Positions 1 to 9,854 of a DNA stretch of 64,000 nt are shown here, piece after piece. This DNA is from an uncultured Gemmatimonadota bacterium (GTDB taxonomy: Bacteria > Gemmatimonadota > CAZMKB01 > CAZNLH01): contig CAZOAR010000007.1 of NCBI GenBank assembly GCA_964577985.1, forward strand, positions 659 through 64,658, read 5' to 3'. The notes under the pieces were generated by a model. The model did not search any database. It had not been told where the DNA came from and saw nothing but the letters and a program-made list of their open reading frames with translations. Both the position numbers and the translations under genes were made by a program. Numbering within the stretch: the first letter of the stretch is position 1; each line of letters starts with the position of its first letter.

Positions 1-1038
1 CGTTCCGCCGGGATCTACCTCGAGGAGCTCGCGGAGGGGATAGAGAGGGCCGGCAGGGGCAGGGTCGCCACAGTCATCGGCAGGTACTGGGCAATGGACC
101 GGGATACTAACTGGGACAGGGTTCGGGTCGCGTACGACGGGATGACCGGGCTCGAGGGGGTCCGCTGTGATGACTGGCGGGAGGCGGTCGATGACGCGTA
201 TGCCGCCGGCGAGACCGACGAGTTCATCAAACCGAGGATCATAAAGGGATTCCCGGGGATCCGGGATGGCGATGCGGTAGTCAACTTCAACTACAGACTC
301 GACCGGGCAAGGGAGATCACCCACGCACTTACCGACTCCGTTTTCGAGGGTTTCGAAAGACCCCGGCTCGACCTCAGGTACGTCGCCTTCACAAATTATT
401 ACAACGATGGCGAGTTCGAGATCGCGTTTCCCCCGGTGAAACAGGCCAACATACTCGGGCAGATCCTGAGCGACCACGGGCTGAAGCAGCTCCGGTGCGC
501 CGAGACCGAAAAATACGCCCATGTGACCTTTTTCTTCAACGACTCGGACGAGACCCCATTTCATGGCGAGGAGAGGATCCTGGTCAATTCTCCCAAGGTG
601 GCGACGTATGATCTGCAGCCTGAGATGAGCGCGTACGAGGTGAAGGATAAACTCCTCCATGCTGTCGCCTCAGACAACTACGACGTGATTATCTGCAATT
701 ACGCCAATGGAGACATGGTTGGCCACACGGGTGTATTCGACGCGGTGGTCAAGGCGGGCGAAGTCGTGGACGAGTGTGTGGGTGCCGTGGCCGATTCCGT
801 CCTGAAAAAAGGCGGCGCGGTACTCATCACTGCCGACCATGGCAACGGCGAGTGCATGTTTCTGGATGACGGATCCCCCATGACGGCCCACACGACCAAC
901 CCGGTTCCCATCATCCTCTGCGGCATGGGCGCCGTCGAGCTGAGAAGCGGAGGCAGGCTCTGTGATATTGCCCCGACCATCCTCAAGATCCTCGATATCG
1001 AACAGCCACCCGAGATGACCGGGATTCCCCTCTATTAA
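1..1038 (+). CDS. gpmI: 2,3-bisphosphoglycerate-independent phosphoglycerate mutase (5' partial)
   Basis: Frame open from base 1; motifs GRYWAMDRD, AETEKYAHVTFFF, NYANGDMVGHTG, TADHGNGE, TAHTTNPVP. Confidence 0.95.
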   Translation, partial: RSAGIYLEELAEGIERAGRGRVATVIGRYWAMDRDTNWDRVRVAYDGMTGLEGVRCDDWREAVDDAYAAGETDEFIKPRIIKGFPGIRDGDAVVNFNYRLDRAREITHALTDSVFEGFERPRLDLRYVAFTNYYNDGEFEIAFPPVKQANILGQILSDHGLKQLRCAETEKYAHVTFFFNDSDETPFHGEERILVNSPKVATYDLQPEMSAYEVKDKLLHAVASDNYDVIICNYANGDMVGHTGVFDAVVKAGEVVDECVGAVADSVLKKGGAVLITADHGNGECMFLDDGSPMTAHTTNPVPIILCGMGAVELRSGGRLCDIAPTILKILDIEQPPEMTGIPLY

Positions 1039-1156
1039 TCAATTCCAATGTTCAGCCACCAATTCCTGGAAAAAGGGCTATTCGCGCAGGTCAAGGAGCG
1101 GATCCGGCTCGATCAGTTGCAGTCTGAACCAGACATCTATGGAGATGGCGAGCTCA

Positions 1157-1191
1157 TTCCCTGCCGCAAGGGCCATCGTGTCGGCAGGGAA
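1157..1191. other. Inverted repeat between convergent gpmI and phoU
   Basis: TTCCCTGCCG-15 nt-CGGCAGGGAA perfect 10-bp stem; no U-tract. Confidence 0.4.
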
Positions 1192-1225
1192 CACGCCTCG
1201 TCGAAGGAAATGGCGAGTGCGGCGT

Positions 1226-1879
1226 CTATTCCCCCTTGTGGTGCTTAATAACCCTCCCACGGGACATGAAGATGACGTCCTCGCCAATGTTCGTGGAGAG
1301 ATCAGCGATCCTTTCGAGGTTCTTGGAGATGCGAACCAGGTGGAAGGACCGCTCTATACTGGAGGGATCTTCTCTCATCACATCTATAAGCTCCTTCAGG
1401 ATCCGTTCCTGCAGGCCGTCCACCGTGTCATCCCTGCCGCACACCTCCTCGGCCAGCTCCACGTCCTCGTGGATAAAAGAGTCGATGCTCCCGTTGAGCA
1501 TCTTCTTCGACACCTCCGCCATCTTCGGCATATCTACAAGCGCCTTGACCGGGGGCCTTTCGATCAGGTACAGCGCGCTCTCCGCTATGTTGACCGCATG
1601 ATCGGCGACGCGTTCCAGGTCGTTGTTCATCCTCAGTATCATTAGCACCGTCCTCAGGTCCTTCGCCTTCGGCTCGAACTGGGCTATCAGGATCGTGCCA
1701 TGTTCGTCGAGGGCTATCTCCATCCTGTTCGCCTCAGGTTCATCTACCTCCATCGTCTCGAGGAGCATGGATTTTCTTCGCTCGAGCAATCCGCGGATGC
1801 TCTTGTCTATCATCCGCTCCACCAGCGCGGAGTATTGTATCAGCTCCGATTTCAATGTCCTTATCCTGTCATGCAGCAT
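1226..1879 (-). CDS. phoU: Phosphate signalling complex protein PhoU
   Basis: Duplicated ExxxD/ERxADH motifs (DLERVADHAVNIAE, NLERIADLSTNIGE); follows pstB. Confidence 0.95.
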   Translation of the reverse strand: MLHDRIRTLKSELIQYSALVERMIDKSIRGLLERRKSMLLETMEVDEPEANRMEIALDEHGTILIAQFEPKAKDLRTVLMILRMNNDLERVADHAVNIAESALYLIERPPVKALVDMPKMAEVSKKMLNGSIDSFIHEDVELAEEVCGRDDTVDGLQERILKELIDVMREDPSSIERSFHLVRISKNLERIADLSTNIGEDVIFMSRGRVIKHHKGE

Positions 1880-1888
1880 CGATTGCTC

Positions 1889-2647
1889 CTATCCGAATTT
1901 TCCCGTCAGATACTCTTCTGTACGTTTGTCCTCCGGCACCGTAAACAACTTCTCGGACGGCCCGAACTCGACCAGCTCCCCCAGGTAGAGGAAAGCGGTG
2001 ACGTCTGAGATCCTTGCCGCCTGGGCGATATTGTGCGTGACCAGCACGATGGTGACAGACTCCTTCAACTCCGCCATCAGCGCCTCGATCTTCATCGTTG
2101 AACCGGGATCCAGGGCGGACGTGGGCTCATCCAGCAGTATCACCTCGGGATTCATCGCAAGCGCCCTCGCTATGCAGAGCCGCTGCTGCTGTCCACCCGA
2201 GAGAAACGACCCCCTCTTGTGGATGCTGTCCTTCACCTCGTTCCAGAGGGCCGCTCGTGTCAGAGACTCCTCGACTATCCTGTCCTTTTCCGGCCTGCTC
2301 AAACGGATTCCATTCAGTTTGTAACCCGCTATGACGTTGTCGTATATGCTCATGGTCGGGAATGGGTTGGGCCGCTGGAATACCATCCCGACCTTGCGTC
2401 TGAGCACAATCGGCTCCATCCTGTAGATATCCTGGTCCTGCAGATAGATATTCCCGCTTACGCTCGCGCCGGGCACTAGTTCATGCATGCGGTTGACACA
2501 GCGGATCAGTGTCGTCTTGCCACACCCCGATGGGCCCATCACCGATGTCACCCTGCGACTGGGGATAGAGAGGTCTATATCCTTCAATATGCGTGTGTCA
2601 CCGAAACAGGCGGAGAAGTTCGATATTCTTAAGACTGTATCTTCCAT
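1889..2647 (-). CDS. pstB: Phosphate ABC transporter ATP-binding protein
   Basis: Walker A GPSGCGKT, VFQRPNPFP, LSGGQQQRLCIARALA, DEPTSALDP; start placed at MEDTVLR overlapping the pstA end. Confidence 0.95.
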   Translation of the reverse strand: MEDTVLRISNFSACFGDTRILKDIDLSIPSRRVTSVMGPSGCGKTTLIRCVNRMHELVPGASVSGNIYLQDQDIYRMEPIVLRRKVGMVFQRPNPFPTMSIYDNVIAGYKLNGIRLSRPEKDRIVEESLTRAALWNEVKDSIHKRGSFLSGGQQQRLCIARALAMNPEVILLDEPTSALDPGSTMKIEALMAELKESVTIVLVTHNIAQAARISDVTAFLYLGELVEFGPSEKLFTVPEDKRTEEYLTGKFG

Positions 2648-3543
2648 CTCGAAGCTACCATCCTCGATATCAGATTCAAAGAGAGTATGAGTGTGATCAG
2701 AACCACAGACGCGCCCCACGCCAGCGTATGCCACTCTTCATACGGGCTCACCGCATAGTTGAAGATCAGTAGCGGCATGGAATGCATCGGCTTCAGTATA
2801 TTGATGTTCATAAAGGGATTGCCGAAGGCCGTGAAGAGGAGCGGAGCCGTCTCACCGGCGACCCTGGCGATGCTCACGAGGACCCCCGTTATGATGCCGC
2901 TGGCTCCAACCGGCAGGACCACCTTCAGGATGGTTCGGTAATACGGTACACCCAGCGCCAGTGATGCCTCCCGTATATCCGCCGGGACCCTCCTCAAGGT
3001 CTCCTCCGTAGTCCTTATTATGAACGGCAGCATCATGATCCCGAGGGCGATCCCACCGGAGAAGGCGGAAAACGTGCCCATCGGCCTGACGACCCAGAAG
3101 TACGCCATTATCCCAATGACAATCGACGGTATCCCCTGAAGCACCTCGGCGCTCAGCCGGACCCAGGAGGCTGTTCCTTTCCACTCCGACTCGGTCAGGA
3201 ATATCCCGGCACAGATACCGAGCGGCCCGGATACTGCGAGAGACACAACAACAAGGATCAGTGTGCCTGCAAGTGCGTTGGAGATCCCTCCTCCCATCTC
3301 TCCTACGGGCCTGGGGAGACTGATCAGAAAATTCCAGTCCACGGCGGCCACTCCCTCTCTGAAAATATAATAGAGGATGAAAAAGAGGGGAAGCACCGCG
3401 AGGAGGCTCAGAAACAGCATGGCTCCCATAAATAGCCTGTCCTTAAGTCGCCTCAATTCGGGTCCGCCGGCCACGGGGCGCCTCGTGTGACCCGGACCGG
3501 TAGTCGCCGACCGATTTCCCCCTTTAATCACTCCACTCGGCAT
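2629..3543 (-). CDS. pstA: Phosphate ABC transporter permease PstA
   Basis: GIPSIVIG, EAA-like loop REASLALG, ARVAGETAPLLFTA. Confidence 0.93.
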   Translation of the reverse strand: MPSGVIKGGNRSATTGPGHTRRPVAGGPELRRLKDRLFMGAMLFLSLLAVLPLFFILYYIFREGVAAVDWNFLISLPRPVGEMGGGISNALAGTLILVVVSLAVSGPLGICAGIFLTESEWKGTASWVRLSAEVLQGIPSIVIGIMAYFWVVRPMGTFSAFSGGIALGIMMLPFIIRTTEETLRRVPADIREASLALGVPYYRTILKVVLPVGASGIITGVLVSIARVAGETAPLLFTAFGNPFMNINILKPMHSMPLLIFNYAVSPYEEWHTLAWGASVVLITLILSLNLISRMVASRWKIQS

Positions 3544-3546
3544 AGG

Positions 3547-4542
3547 CTATCCGTCCCTCCTCCAGCGATCGATCACGTACTTACTCAAGAGATTGATTAC
3601 GGTCGTGACGAGAAAAAGCAGCAGCCCGATCTCGATCAGAGCCGACAGGTAGACCTCGCCTGTCGCCTCGGTGAACTCGTTGGCGATGAGACTCGCCATC
3701 GTGTTGCCGGGACTGAACAGGCTGTCGGGCACGGTATTCATGTTTCCGATGACCATCGTCACCGCCATGGTCTCTCCCAATGCCCTTCCAAGCGCGAGCA
3801 TCATCCCCGCGGCTATACCGGAACGGCTGTGCGGGAGTATCACCTTTCTGATCACCTCGTAACGAGTGGCACCCAGCGAGTATGCTGCTTCCTTTATGTC
3901 CCCTGGAACCATACCTATCACCTCCCGGCCTATCGACGCGGAATATGGAATTATCATCACCGAGAGTATAAGAGAGGCGGTGAGGATCCCGACTCCATAC
4001 GGGGTGGCACCGACCTCCATCTCCAGCGTGCGGACAATGGGAACAAGGATGAAGAGTCCCCAGAAACCGTAAATGACCGATGGCACCCCTGCCAGCAACT
4101 CCACGGTACTTCCGAGGAAAGCGGATGGAAGCCCGCCACGGAGGTATTCCCCCAGGGATATGGCGATCGCCAGCGAGAGCGGGGCCGACAAGAGGAGGGC
4201 GAGGGCCGCAGTCACCAGCGTACCGGCAAGAAAAGGCAGCGCGCCATACTCACCCGAGACCGGGTCCCAGGTCCTCCCGTACAGGAAACCGAATCCTGTC
4301 TCGCAAATCGACGGCATCGAATGAATGATAAGCGTGAGGAATATCCCGAGCAGGAGGACCACTATCAGGAGCGCGGAGACCGTCAGGCCCCCGCGGAACA
4401 GCGACTCGACGATACGCACCGGCACACGGCACCACCCACGCTTCGACTCGACCACCATTTCACCGGCCAATTCCAGCCGATTCTCAGCCACCCTGTCGAC
4501 CACTTCTCCCGGCTTTTTCCTGTCTGAGTCGACAGCCTTCAC
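3547..4542 (-). CDS. pstC: Phosphate ABC transporter permease PstC
   Basis: WDPVSGEYGALPF, ELLAGVPSVIYG, GRALGETMAVTMVIGN; GTG start overlapping the pstS stop (GTGA) inferred. Confidence 0.92.
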   Translation of the reverse strand: MKAVDSDRKKPGEVVDRVAENRLELAGEMVVESKRGWCRVPVRIVESLFRGGLTVSALLIVVLLLGIFLTLIIHSMPSICETGFGFLYGRTWDPVSGEYGALPFLAGTLVTAALALLLSAPLSLAIAISLGEYLRGGLPSAFLGSTVELLAGVPSVIYGFWGLFILVPIVRTLEMEVGATPYGVGILTASLILSVMIIPYSASIGREVIGMVPGDIKEAAYSLGATRYEVIRKVILPHSRSGIAAGMMLALGRALGETMAVTMVIGNMNTVPDSLFSPGNTMASLIANEFTEATGEVYLSALIEIGLLLFLVTTVINLLSKYVIDRWRRDG

Positions 4543-5579
4543 TGAATCAGTCCCTCTCCCAGATAGTCCACGGATCTCAGGATGGCCTCCGCCCTCTGCT
4601 GTGCCTGAGCCGGCAGGGGTGCATAGTCGAGCTGGCGCGTGTACTGTTGTCCCTCGTGAGTCATCCACCACACGAGCCTGACCAGCGCCCCGGCCTTCGC
4701 GGTCGTTCTCGACCCGTAGTCCTGATCCCTGTAGAGAATAATCCAGGTAAATCCGGCGATCGGGTATCCATCCGGAGCGTCGGTATTTGTGAGTGAGACA
4801 CGGGTGTCCTCAGGCAGCTTTGTGTCAGCCGCCAGGCTCGCCGACTCGAGGCTTGGCCGGATGAATTTTCCGCTGGCGTTCTTGAGCCAGACCTGCGGCA
4901 GATGGTTCTGCGTGGTGTAGGCCAGCTCGGCGTAACCGATCGAACCCGGGATCTGTTTGATGAGACCGGACACACCCTCGTTCCCTTTCGCACCCAGTCC
5001 TACGGGCCAGTTCACGGATTTTCCTCTCCCCACCTCACCCTTCCACTCTCCGCTGACCTTGCTCAGATAGTCCGTGAAGATGAAAGTCGTCCCGCTGCCG
5101 TCCGAGCGATGAACGACCACTATCTTCATATCCGGGAGCGTCGCGTCAGGGTTGATCTCGACGATCCTCGGATCGTTCCACTTCGTGACCTTGCCGAGAA
5201 AGATGGCTGTCAGAACGTCGGGAGTGAGCTTCAACTCCTGATTCCCGGGAAGGTTATATGTCACCACCACCGCCCCCAGACAGGTCGGGATATGAACGAT
5301 CTCCGCCGCTGCTGTTTGAAGCTCCTTGTCGCCCATGAAGGCGTCGGTTGCACCAAAATCGACCGTCCGGTTCAGGAGTTGCCTGATGCCGCCGCCCGAA
5401 CCGATCGACTGGTAGTTGACCTTTACTCCAGTCTCTTTGTAATAAGCGTTGAACATCTTTGAGTAGAGCGGGTAGGGAAACGTCGCTCCCGCACCGAGGA
5501 GTTCATCTCCCGCAGCACAGGGTTTCGCCCCGAAAAACGCCAGCACTCCGATCAATACCAGCCACATAGCTTTCTTCAT
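4539..5579 (-). CDS. pstS: Phosphate ABC transporter substrate-binding protein PstS
   Basis: GAGATFPYPLY, YQSIGSGGG, HRSDGSGTT; signal peptide; SD GGAGG before MKKAMW. Confidence 0.96.
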   Translation of the reverse strand: MKKAMWLVLIGVLAFFGAKPCAAGDELLGAGATFPYPLYSKMFNAYYKETGVKVNYQSIGSGGGIRQLLNRTVDFGATDAFMGDKELQTAAAEIVHIPTCLGAVVVTYNLPGNQELKLTPDVLTAIFLGKVTKWNDPRIVEINPDATLPDMKIVVVHRSDGSGTTFIFTDYLSKVSGEWKGEVGRGKSVNWPVGLGAKGNEGVSGLIKQIPGSIGYAELAYTTQNHLPQVWLKNASGKFIRPSLESASLAADTKLPEDTRVSLTNTDAPDGYPIAGFTWIILYRDQDYGSRTTAKAGALVRLVWWMTHEGQQYTRQLDYAPLPAQAQQRAEAILRSVDYLGEGLIQ

Positions 5580-5631
5580 CTGTGTACCTCCTGTATGACT
5601 TTTCTTAAACTTGCTTCCCGAAAAAACCACC

Positions 5632-6732
5632 CTAAATCAACATCTGGAACTGCGCCCGGATCGCATACTCAGTGGGCGCACCGTCTGCGTTCGGCACGTT
5701 GACGTCCAGGTCGACAGCCAGGCGATTGTGCGTATCGAAGAAGATATCGAGGCCCGGCGTGAAGAGGGTCGTCCGCGTGGCGGCGTCGTCTCTGTTGCGC
5801 TGGGATGAATCCACCCGCAGCACCGGGCGCACCGAATGCAGCAGCGAACTGTTCGAAATCAGCACGTTGTAAGCAAACACGCCCATGAGGCCCACGAATC
5901 TGGTTTCCGTGTCGCTGAATTGCGGGTTTCCGCCCCATTGAACCTCGCCGATTATCCACGGACCGTTTTTCTCCACCTTGTGTGTGCCGTATTCGAGATC
6001 TGCCTCGACGGCCTGGAAATTGTGACTCGCGCTCGAGACCGTAGTATCCACCCCGGAGACGGATATCGTCTCGAAATGGCTCACCGTCCGGTTCGAGAGC
6101 GCACCACCCAGGCGGACACTCTTCGCCGCCTGCACAACCAGTCGCGCGCCTGCGGTCTTCCCGCTGTCGTTGTCTTCCTTCTTGTTGGTCCCGTTGCCGT
6201 TGAAGATGCCGAAGGCGTACTCCCCCCAACCCAGGGTCCCGTGCACCTGCACGCCTATGTCGCGGCCGGCGAAGCCGCCATCCTTGACTGCCACCTCGTT
6301 GGCCGAGTACCCGTTCGCGGTACCGAGGATCTTGTTGCCCCGCTCGATCACCGGGATCTTCGTCGAAGAGGTCAACTCCCAGAGGGAGAAGGGCTTGTGA
6401 AACTGTCCCATCTGCACCTTGATGGCATCGGCCAGCTTCAGGTCGACATACCCGTCCTTGAGCCCGGCCTTCCCCTCTCCCACGTCGATCTGGACGCGGC
6501 CTGTCATCGAGCCCGATTCATTCCTGTACATCGCCTTCAGTCGCGCACGCCTGACAAAGAACGTGCTCGACGGTGAGAATCTGTCCACGCTCGTCGTCTG
6601 AAACTGCGCGTGGACTCGGCCCGAGAACTTGAGCTTCGACTTGCTGGTGACCACTCCTGCTTCTCCCGCCTGGACCGAGGTCCACGCAAGGAACAGCATA
6701 ATCAACCATAACACACTTCTCAATCGTTTCAT
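5632..6732 (-). CDS. Phosphate-selective outer-membrane porin (OprO/OprP-like)
   Basis: Signal peptide, FFVRRARLK, LKDGYVD, GQFHKPFS, beta-strand pattern, position at the head of the pst operon. Confidence 0.8.
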   Translation of the reverse strand: MKRLRSVLWLIMLFLAWTSVQAGEAGVVTSKSKLKFSGRVHAQFQTTSVDRFSPSSTFFVRRARLKAMYRNESGSMTGRVQIDVGEGKAGLKDGYVDLKLADAIKVQMGQFHKPFSLWELTSSTKIPVIERGNKILGTANGYSANEVAVKDGGFAGRDIGVQVHGTLGWGEYAFGIFNGNGTNKKEDNDSGKTAGARLVVQAAKSVRLGGALSNRTVSHFETISVSGVDTTVSSASHNFQAVEADLEYGTHKVEKNGPWIIGEVQWGGNPQFSDTETRFVGLMGVFAYNVLISNSSLLHSVRPVLRVDSSQRNRDDAATRTTLFTPGLDIFFDTHNRLAVDLDVNVPNADGAPTEYAIRAQFQMLI

Positions 6733-6842
6733 TACAGCATATCCTTCTCTTAAGGTGAACAAACAGCTTCTGATGCTTCTGGCCGGCGGGTTCGGAAGCT
6801 CGTGACCTTCCCGGCAACCATTATCTTGATTCTTCTATAGCT

Positions 6843-6850
6843 CACCTCCC
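6843..6850 (-). promoter_or_regulatory. Orphan Shine-Dalgarno-like GGGAGGTG in the porin leader
   Basis: GGAGGTG begins 117 nt upstream of the porin ATG; nearest ATG is 19 nt beyond GGGAGGTGAG, too far for initiation. Confidence 0.4.
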
Positions 6851-6923
6851 TATCCAGTGTCTCGACCGACGCCCTTATCTCGTCCCTGAACTCCCGGACA
6901 AACCCATTCGCGATCGTGACTAA

Positions 6924-6977
6924 AGGATAGGCTGCAATGGTTAATCGTGAATAAAGGAATAGTTAATTTACTGTTAA
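6924..6977 (-). promoter_or_regulatory. PHO-box array plus -10 element
   Basis: Minus-strand TTAAC at 6977, 6966 and 6944 plus degenerate TTTAT at 6955 (11-bp period); TATCCT 10 nt after the last box. Confidence 0.8.
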
Positions 6978-6985
6978 TTCGCGAA

Positions 6986-8719
6986 TCAGGCGGGATCAGC
7001 AGGAAGGACGATCGTGAACGTGGAGCCATCTCCCGGGCGGCTCTCCACCGAGATCCGGCCATTGTGCAGCAGGACGATGTGCCTCACGATTGAAAGACCC
7101 AGCCCGGTGCCCCCGAGCGCCCTGGAGCGCGACTTGTCGACCACGTAGAACCGCTCGAAGATCCTGTCGCGATGGCTCTCCGGGATCCCGATTCCGGTAT
7201 CACTGACCTCGATGCAGACCCCTCTGTCGTGAGGTGCGAGTGTGATGGTGATCTCTCCTCGTTCTGTATATTTTACGGCGTTGTCGAGGAGGTTGATAAA
7301 CACCTGCTCGAGCCCAAGGGGATCCGCCTTGATCGTCGGGATCTCCCCCTTCACCTCCAGTGTCAGCGACACGCCCTTGCCGGACGCTCTCTTGCGCAGC
7401 AGGGATGCTGCGCGCTCGGCGACCTCCACGGCGTCGACCGGCTCGAGGTCCGGCCGCCTTCCGCTCTCCTCTAACGCCGACAACGTCAGCAGGTCTTCGA
7501 CTATGCGTGCCAGACGATCGGCATGTCTGTCTATGATCTCCAGTTGATGCCTCTCCTCCCCGCTTTTCTGAGAATCGAGCAGTGTCTCGGCGAAGCCCTT
7601 TATGGCGGTGAGTGGGGTCCGCAACTCATGCGAAACATTGACAATGAAGTCGCGCTTTACGGCTTCGAGTTTCCTCGCCTCCGTGACATCGTGCCACACG
7701 ACGACAACCTCTTCTCCCGGGGGGATCAGCGTGGCGCTGCACAGGTAAACACTGTCTTCATGGCTGATCTCTTCCACGGCGTCTCCGTCTTTCTCGACAC
7801 GCTTCAGCAACCCGCCGAAACCTGGTTCGTGGAAGATCTCCCACCACGGCCTACCCTCAACATGTACCCCGTCGATCATCCGACGGAAGGCCGGGTTCGC
7901 CAGAGCGACTGTTCCCTTTCGATCGAGCACTACCAGGCCTTCCCGTATAGAGGCGATGATTCCGTTCAACTCCTCCTTCTGCCGCGACAGATCACTGAAG
8001 AGTCCCTTTATAGTCTCCGCCATCTGGTTGAAGCCCTCTGCGAGTTCTTTCAACTCGCCCCGCTGTTTCAGGAAGACTCTGGCGTTGAAGTCGCCCCTGG
8101 AAAGTCGCCCGGCTGCGGAACGCAGTTGCGAGATGGGGCGTGAGAGTCCCCTGGAGAAAAGGAGCGCCCCCAGCAGAGAAACCGCCACTATTACCAGCGT
8201 AACCCAGGCTATCCTTGCCTTGAGGTCGCCGAGGAGTCCATTTATGTCCTTCAGGAAGAGGCTTACCCGCAAGACACCGACCAGATGGCCTCCTCTACTT
8301 ACCGGAATGGCAACGTACAGCATATCCTCCTTGACGGTCGTACTGTAGCGCAATGATCTCCCGAGTCCGTTTCTGATGGCCTGGACGATCTCGTCCCTCG
8401 TCCCATGGTTCTCCATCGACAGGGGCTCTTTCTTCGAGTCGGCAAGCACGACCCCATCCGGGGCAATTACGGTGATCCGGGTGCGGACCCCCTTTCCCCA
8501 ATCTTTGACGAGAGCGTCGAGATCATCATTATTTTCCCCTTCCAGCAGTGGCTCTATCCGCAGGCTCAGGGCATGGGCCAGGTCCTCCAGGTGCTCGGCC
8601 TTCGCGTCGATATAGGAGGTCCTGATGGCCCTGAAGGAAAAGACGAGTATGAGTGTCGACAGGAGGAGTACTCCTGATAGATAGCCGGCAAATATTCTGA
8701 ATAAGAATGTCTTTCTCAT
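6986..8719 (-). CDS. phoR: Sensor histidine kinase PhoR (HAMP-PAS-HisKA-HATPase)
   Basis: H-box VSHELRTPLTAIKGF, NLLDNAVKY, DTGIGIP, FERFYVVDKSRSR, GGTGLGLSIV. Confidence 0.9.
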   Translation of the reverse strand: MRKTFLFRIFAGYLSGVLLLSTLILVFSFRAIRTSYIDAKAEHLEDLAHALSLRIEPLLEGENNDDLDALVKDWGKGVRTRITVIAPDGVVLADSKKEPLSMENHGTRDEIVQAIRNGLGRSLRYSTTVKEDMLYVAIPVSRGGHLVGVLRVSLFLKDINGLLGDLKARIAWVTLVIVAVSLLGALLFSRGLSRPISQLRSAAGRLSRGDFNARVFLKQRGELKELAEGFNQMAETIKGLFSDLSRQKEELNGIIASIREGLVVLDRKGTVALANPAFRRMIDGVHVEGRPWWEIFHEPGFGGLLKRVEKDGDAVEEISHEDSVYLCSATLIPPGEEVVVVWHDVTEARKLEAVKRDFIVNVSHELRTPLTAIKGFAETLLDSQKSGEERHQLEIIDRHADRLARIVEDLLTLSALEESGRRPDLEPVDAVEVAERAASLLRKRASGKGVSLTLEVKGEIPTIKADPLGLEQVFINLLDNAVKYTERGEITITLAPHDRGVCIEVSDTGIGIPESHRDRIFERFYVVDKSRSRALGGTGLGLSIVRHIVLLHNGRISVESRPGDGSTFTIVLPADPA

Positions 8720-9402
8720 GTTTCCAGGCTGTAGCCTATTCCCCTGATGTTCCTGATGAACCGCGCGGCACTACCCAGTTTCCGCCTCAGGTTTCTGATA
8801 TGGACATCGACCGTCCGGTCAAGCACTATCTTCTCACCTCCCCAGAGGTGATTGAGGATCTCTTCCCTTGTGAATACCCTGCCCGGCCTCGACGCGAGCA
8901 TCTTCAGTATCCGGAACTCCGTGACCGTCAGGTCCACGGGAGCGCCGCACGCCGTTACGCTATAGCTGCCACAATCGATCCGGAGGGTGTCTGCCACTTC
9001 TATCACCCCTACCCCCTCCTTCTCTCCGCGGCCAGCCCTCCTCAAGACGGCCCTCACCCTGGCGACCAGTTCCCTGGGTGAGAAGGGCTTGGTGACGTAG
9101 TCGTCAGCTCCCAGCTCGAGTCCCACCACCGTGTCCACTTCCTCGACCCTCGCCGTCAGCATTATGATGGGAACAGACGAATACGACTCGCTCCGCCTCA
9201 CCTCCCTGCAAATATCGAGGCCATCCCTGCCCGGGAGCATGACATCGAGGATAAGAAGATCCGGCCTGTTTCCTTCCAGAAAGCGAAAGAGCGACTCCGC
9301 GTCGGCGAAACCCTCGACCTGGAAGCCCGCACCACGCAGATGGTGCGCCACAAGTTCAACGATATCCGGCTCATCGTCCACAACCGCTATCAAACCATTC
9401 AT
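8716..9402 (-). CDS. phoB: OmpR/PhoB-family response regulator
   Basis: Receiver DD/D/KPFS residues and winged-helix RTVDVHIRNLR; coupled to phoR and pst operon. Confidence 0.88.
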   Translation of the reverse strand: MNGLIAVVDDEPDIVELVAHHLRGAGFQVEGFADAESLFRFLEGNRPDLLILDVMLPGRDGLDICREVRRSESYSSVPIIMLTARVEEVDTVVGLELGADDYVTKPFSPRELVARVRAVLRRAGRGEKEGVGVIEVADTLRIDCGSYSVTACGAPVDLTVTEFRILKMLASRPGRVFTREEILNHLWGGEKIVLDRTVDVHIRNLRRKLGSAARFIRNIRGIGYSLET

Positions 9403-9779
9403 GGCGAAGGCATAGCTCCTTCCCGCACACTGGCATACAAACCACTATTACAGGATAAACCCGAACAACTCTTCATTTCGAGACTCGAGGCCGTTCCCGG
9501 ACACGTGGCCGTTCCCATGCGCCCACCACGATCACCCTGCTCCCGAGAACTCCAGGCCTGGCCTGTCTCTGAACGACGATGAACGCGACGCAGCACAAAA
9601 TCGTTGCAGATCGAGGGCCTCCTCGATGAATAGAGTCTACTGGAAGTTCCCTCTCCTGGCAAGCAGATTAAAGGTCAAGCAGGGACAGTAACCCTTTGCT
9701 TCTCTCCTCTCGATCTTGAACCGTGGATTAGATGAAATGGTTACTCTCCCCGTTCATACTATGTCCAGGTGACAAGCCG

Positions 9780-9808
9780 TTGACAAATTCAGGTTTTTCG
9801 GGTATAAT
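9780..9808 (+). promoter_or_regulatory. Consensus sigma70 promoter
   Basis: TTGACA-17 nt-TATAAT exact match upstream of the 9855 gene. Confidence 0.85.
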
Positions 9809-9854
9809 AGGGGGCATTTTGAGTGTTGAGAGGAATAACCACGAGGAGGTTTAG

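Noticed and set aside
1078-1287. 69-aa minus-strand ORF downstream of phoU
   Set aside because: Overlaps phoU, has no SD or recognisable motif, and spans an inverted repeat
9399-9662. 87-aa ORF and short direct repeat (GGCCGTTCCC x2) upstream of phoB
   Set aside because: No SD or family signature; only two repeat copies, so not an array
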